DNA of 64,000 nucleotides from Orbicella franksi (Eukaryota): NCBI GenBank assembly GCA_964199315.1, contig OZ116699.1, positions 22,692,001 to 22,756,000 of the forward strand, read 5' to 3'. Shown piece by piece: positions 61,101 to 64,000 of this stretch (position 1 is its first letter; each line of letters starts with the position of its first letter). The notes under the pieces were generated by a model. It saw only the letters and a program-made list of their open reading frames with translations, ran no database searches and was not told where the DNA came from. The position numbers and the translations under genes were made by a program.

Positions 61101-63500
61101 CCAAACAGGAAAAGGTCGTCCACTGTGTCCGCCGTGTTGTTTTGATGTGTGCAGAGTCACATGATGGGTCATTTCAATCTCGGAGAGCACGTCATTGTTT
61201 CACCTGGTTTGATAACCATTCCCCTTTACTATATATTGGGCCTTAAATATCTGACCATTAGTTATTGCAACTGCACTAACGACTTTTTTTTAGCTCAACA
61301 AGATGCTTGTAAGTATTTATTAATCTCTTGGACCCTATTTCATCTTAGAAATAATCGGAAAACGGCAGATGTCAACTATGTTTTATACTATTCGTATCGT
61401 TTATATTTCCTAATGACAATCTAATTACGTTTTGTTTTTCAAGAAAATGGTCACATGTGTTGCCAGTGAACCCAAATGTGGAGGTGAACTGATTGAGAAG
61501 TTCCGTTACTGGATGTTACAAATTGCAATGATGGATAACATCTTAGGAACCTGCACGGGTATTGATTACAGTACACTGAAGAGTGTTGTACAAGATTCAG
61601 GTTTGAACATTTTTTCTGAAATATATACACCGTATATAGTTTGGATAATTAAGTCATGATCATCAGTTTACAAGCCGTGATTTTTGTACAGGTATATAAC
61701 TTTATATTAGTTGTTATCTTTTAACATATTTTTCTTTAATAGATCTAGACCATTTTATCTTGGGCGGTTTGTTCCTTAATTTCAGACAATGTGATGATAC
61801 TCGTGAGAATTCTTGCTTTCAAATTTTCAAATAGTGGTGTGTATATGAACGAGTAATTTTTAGATGGATAAAGCAACAATTCTGTAGAGAATATCACGTG
61901 GTCGGTTATGGGAAAACAAAAGGTCCATTGGGATTGCAACACCAAAAAAGTAGCCTTATTTACGTTCTTTTGAAATGAATTTTTTTCATCATCTTTTTAT
62001 TTTTTTGAATTTATTTATTATTTCTCTCAGCTCCATTATTTACAATCTAGTAATTATACATAGCAACACGGCAACAGTACTTCATTTCCCATTTTTTCTC
62101 ATTTGTATTAAACAAATTTAAAACAGCCAAAATACCGCAATAACAGACGACCGCACCAGCAGCGTCTTTAATTTGTATCCCCCGAAAATAACATTTCGTC
62201 TTTTCCAGACAAAAGCTATTAGCTAGATTTTGCGTGTTTGAAAATTTCTTCCAGGAAAAAAAACAACAAACATGTATACTTATGTTTCTCGGTTGGGGTC
62301 TCTTACTTCATATAAAAAAGTACCTTTCTTAACCGTACATCACACATACATGTACATGACCAGTGGAGCAATTTGTTTCATTCAGAGTAATGTGTGGGCA
62401 CACTTTTTAGCTGATAATAATTTTGACCTTGTTAAGTTTTCTTAACTCTTTTGCTTGTCAACAGATGTTGCAAAAACTCATCGTAACCTGGACGATGTTG
62501 GTAAGATAGACGTTCAGCAATTTCTGTCAATTTTTGTCACGATTCTGCATATCTAATTATAAGATCATTTTGAGTCGTCGCTCATATAGTTTGCTTAAAA
62601 ATATTCAGTTTTGTATCATCTAAAAAGGCTGTATAATTATGTAATTAAAAATATCCACATCGAATTGGGGAAGCGCATGTATCCCCCCTTTATAACTTTG
62701 TAATCTCATGGTGATATATCTTGGTCTAATTCAACTTATGCCATTAAACCTCAGAATTTGGAAATTTTCCTATGATTAGGTTGAGCAAAGAATGTGTCTC
62801 GCAATTTTGAATGTAAGATTACTTTTACTTTTCATTCGATTTTGCTCTCTTGTTATGTAGAGACCTCCGACTCCCATAGTCGGCAGAAATAGCTGGCTGG
62901 CCTGACTACTTTCTTCATTTTAGTTAACTTTAACTTAGTTAACTTTATATGCAACGTCATTCACTTTTGTGCTTTTATTTTGATAGACAAGCTTTTATCT
63001 TATAAATAATTATAATATTTAAAAAGTTAATTTGTTCATAGTGCTAAAACCAATTGTGACCCGTTAGCACACGTTTTTCCGCGCTTCTCGTTAGCAACAT
63101 GAAATTACTTGGAGTTTAGATTGGTTCACTAGATTGTCCGTGTCCTCCGTGATTGGCCAGAGTGATTACTTCGGTTTTGGTTTTACGACACTCAATTGAA
63201 AACCGTTCTAACAATGTTCTAATTTTTTTTTTAACAGAGTTCGACAGTTTTGAAGAGTGTGCTGTGACAGTGCATAAGAAGTGCGTACGTTACTACGTAA
63301 CTTTGCTGGCAAAGGATCATCAGATATGCGAAGACGCTGGGAAACTAAACACGTGTTATGACTTATACAGCAGCAGCATCAACTGCAAAGCTAAGATTAT
63401 CCAGCATTTTGCGAGCATAGTTGAAAACGTAGCGCAGAGAGTTCTCGACCTATTGATGACATATATGAAATCATTATGTACTAGCTCGGATGAGTTGTGA
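58188..63500 (+). CDS. Secreted-pathway Cys-rich protein, 194 aa, two six-Cys repeats, C-terminal SDEL (4 coding exons)
   Basis: Exons 58188-58358, 61444-61558, 62465-62500, 63238-63500 (585 nt; phases 0,1,1 consistent; GT-AG). [23 protein letters not shown]|[171 protein letters not shown]. Confidence 0.85.
58377..59169. mobile_element. Long-TIR MITE at a TTAA site (Kolobok-like), intronic
   Basis: TTAA|AGTGCCTATGAAG ... CTTCATAGGCACT(T)|TTAA; the arms pair over roughly 290 bp. Confidence 0.85.
59864..61123 (-). pseudogene. Decayed two-exon gene with C2H2 zinc finger and a transposon-associated C-terminal motif, antisense inside an intron
   Basis: Exon 1 (61123-61022, [34 protein letters not shown]|gtaagt) splices in phase 0 to 60696 ([29 protein letters not shown]...). 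A stop follows YLKNGDT. Frameshifted segments then give KYYAQVPL...[18 protein letters not shown] and [29 protein letters not shown]. Confidence 0.7.
63040..63210. mobile_element. Partial MITE, inverted homolog of 32935-33209
   Basis: Reverse complement tagaacggttttcaattgagtgtcgtaaaacc... aligns with the left half of the 32.9-kb copy. Confidence 0.7.
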
Positions 63501-64000
63501 AAATACTTTCAGGGACGTTTGTGATGTTTCTGTGAACGAAGTCGCAACGAAAACTGTGTATCTAGTAAAAAATCAAGATTTAGAATCATTCAATAAAAGA
63601 AAGGACGTGGCGATAAAGTGTCGTATATCATGTAATTACTACTACTAAAAAATACTGAAAATTCTTAAATACAACGGCATGTTCTCGAATGTGGTATTAT
63701 TTTATGAGAAAACATTTGGCGCGAAAATTTATCGCTCTCGGCAAAGTGATACGCAATTTGGTATTGTTTTAAGGTTATTAGAAGGCATGGAAGAAAATCA
63801 GCAAAAATACTGTTAAATACATCTTTGGTGACGTAACTGTTTTCTTTTACCTCCTTCGCATACAGCTTAGATACAAATTGCTCCGACCATATAATTATAA
63901 AGAGCTTGTAAAATTTAGTAATTGGGGAATGTTCTGACCCTTTTTGGAAGTAACACCGAAACATTTCTCATCAGCAAAACCGCTAATCAGCCCATACATT

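Overview
Eukaryotic, intron-rich, AT-rich animal DNA. The repeat families, SINEs and gene types point to a cnidarian, most likely a stony coral (inference). Splicing by hand recovers genes that the ORF track misses. (1) A 23-exon, ~770-aa adhesion GPCR on + (12242-31544) with an unusual ectodomain: signal peptide, a six-Cys chitin-binding peritrophin-A/CBM14 domain, a Ser/Thr/Pro-rich stalk, GAIN/GPS with an intact HL|T cleavage site and TNFAILM tethered agonist, then 7TM. (2) Two single-exon rhodopsin-class peptide-receptor-like GPCRs arranged head-to-head (34882-36021 on -, 52280-53413 on +). (3) A 4-exon, 194-aa secreted protein with two six-Cys repeats and a C-terminal SDEL (58188-63500 on +). 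(4) The first coding exon of a small single-pass membrane protein that runs off the left edge. The adhesion GPCR introns carry a 3.5-kb foldback (Mutator-like) element with a 10-bp target-site duplication, satellite-built arms and a captured protein-kinase fragment, a perfect 96-bp hairpin flanked by a 13-bp direct repeat, and a mutated tRNA-Ser(CGA). Many MITEs, tRNA-derived SINEs and palindromic elements fill the rest. All gene models are manual and have no transcript support. Novelty cannot be confirmed without database searches.
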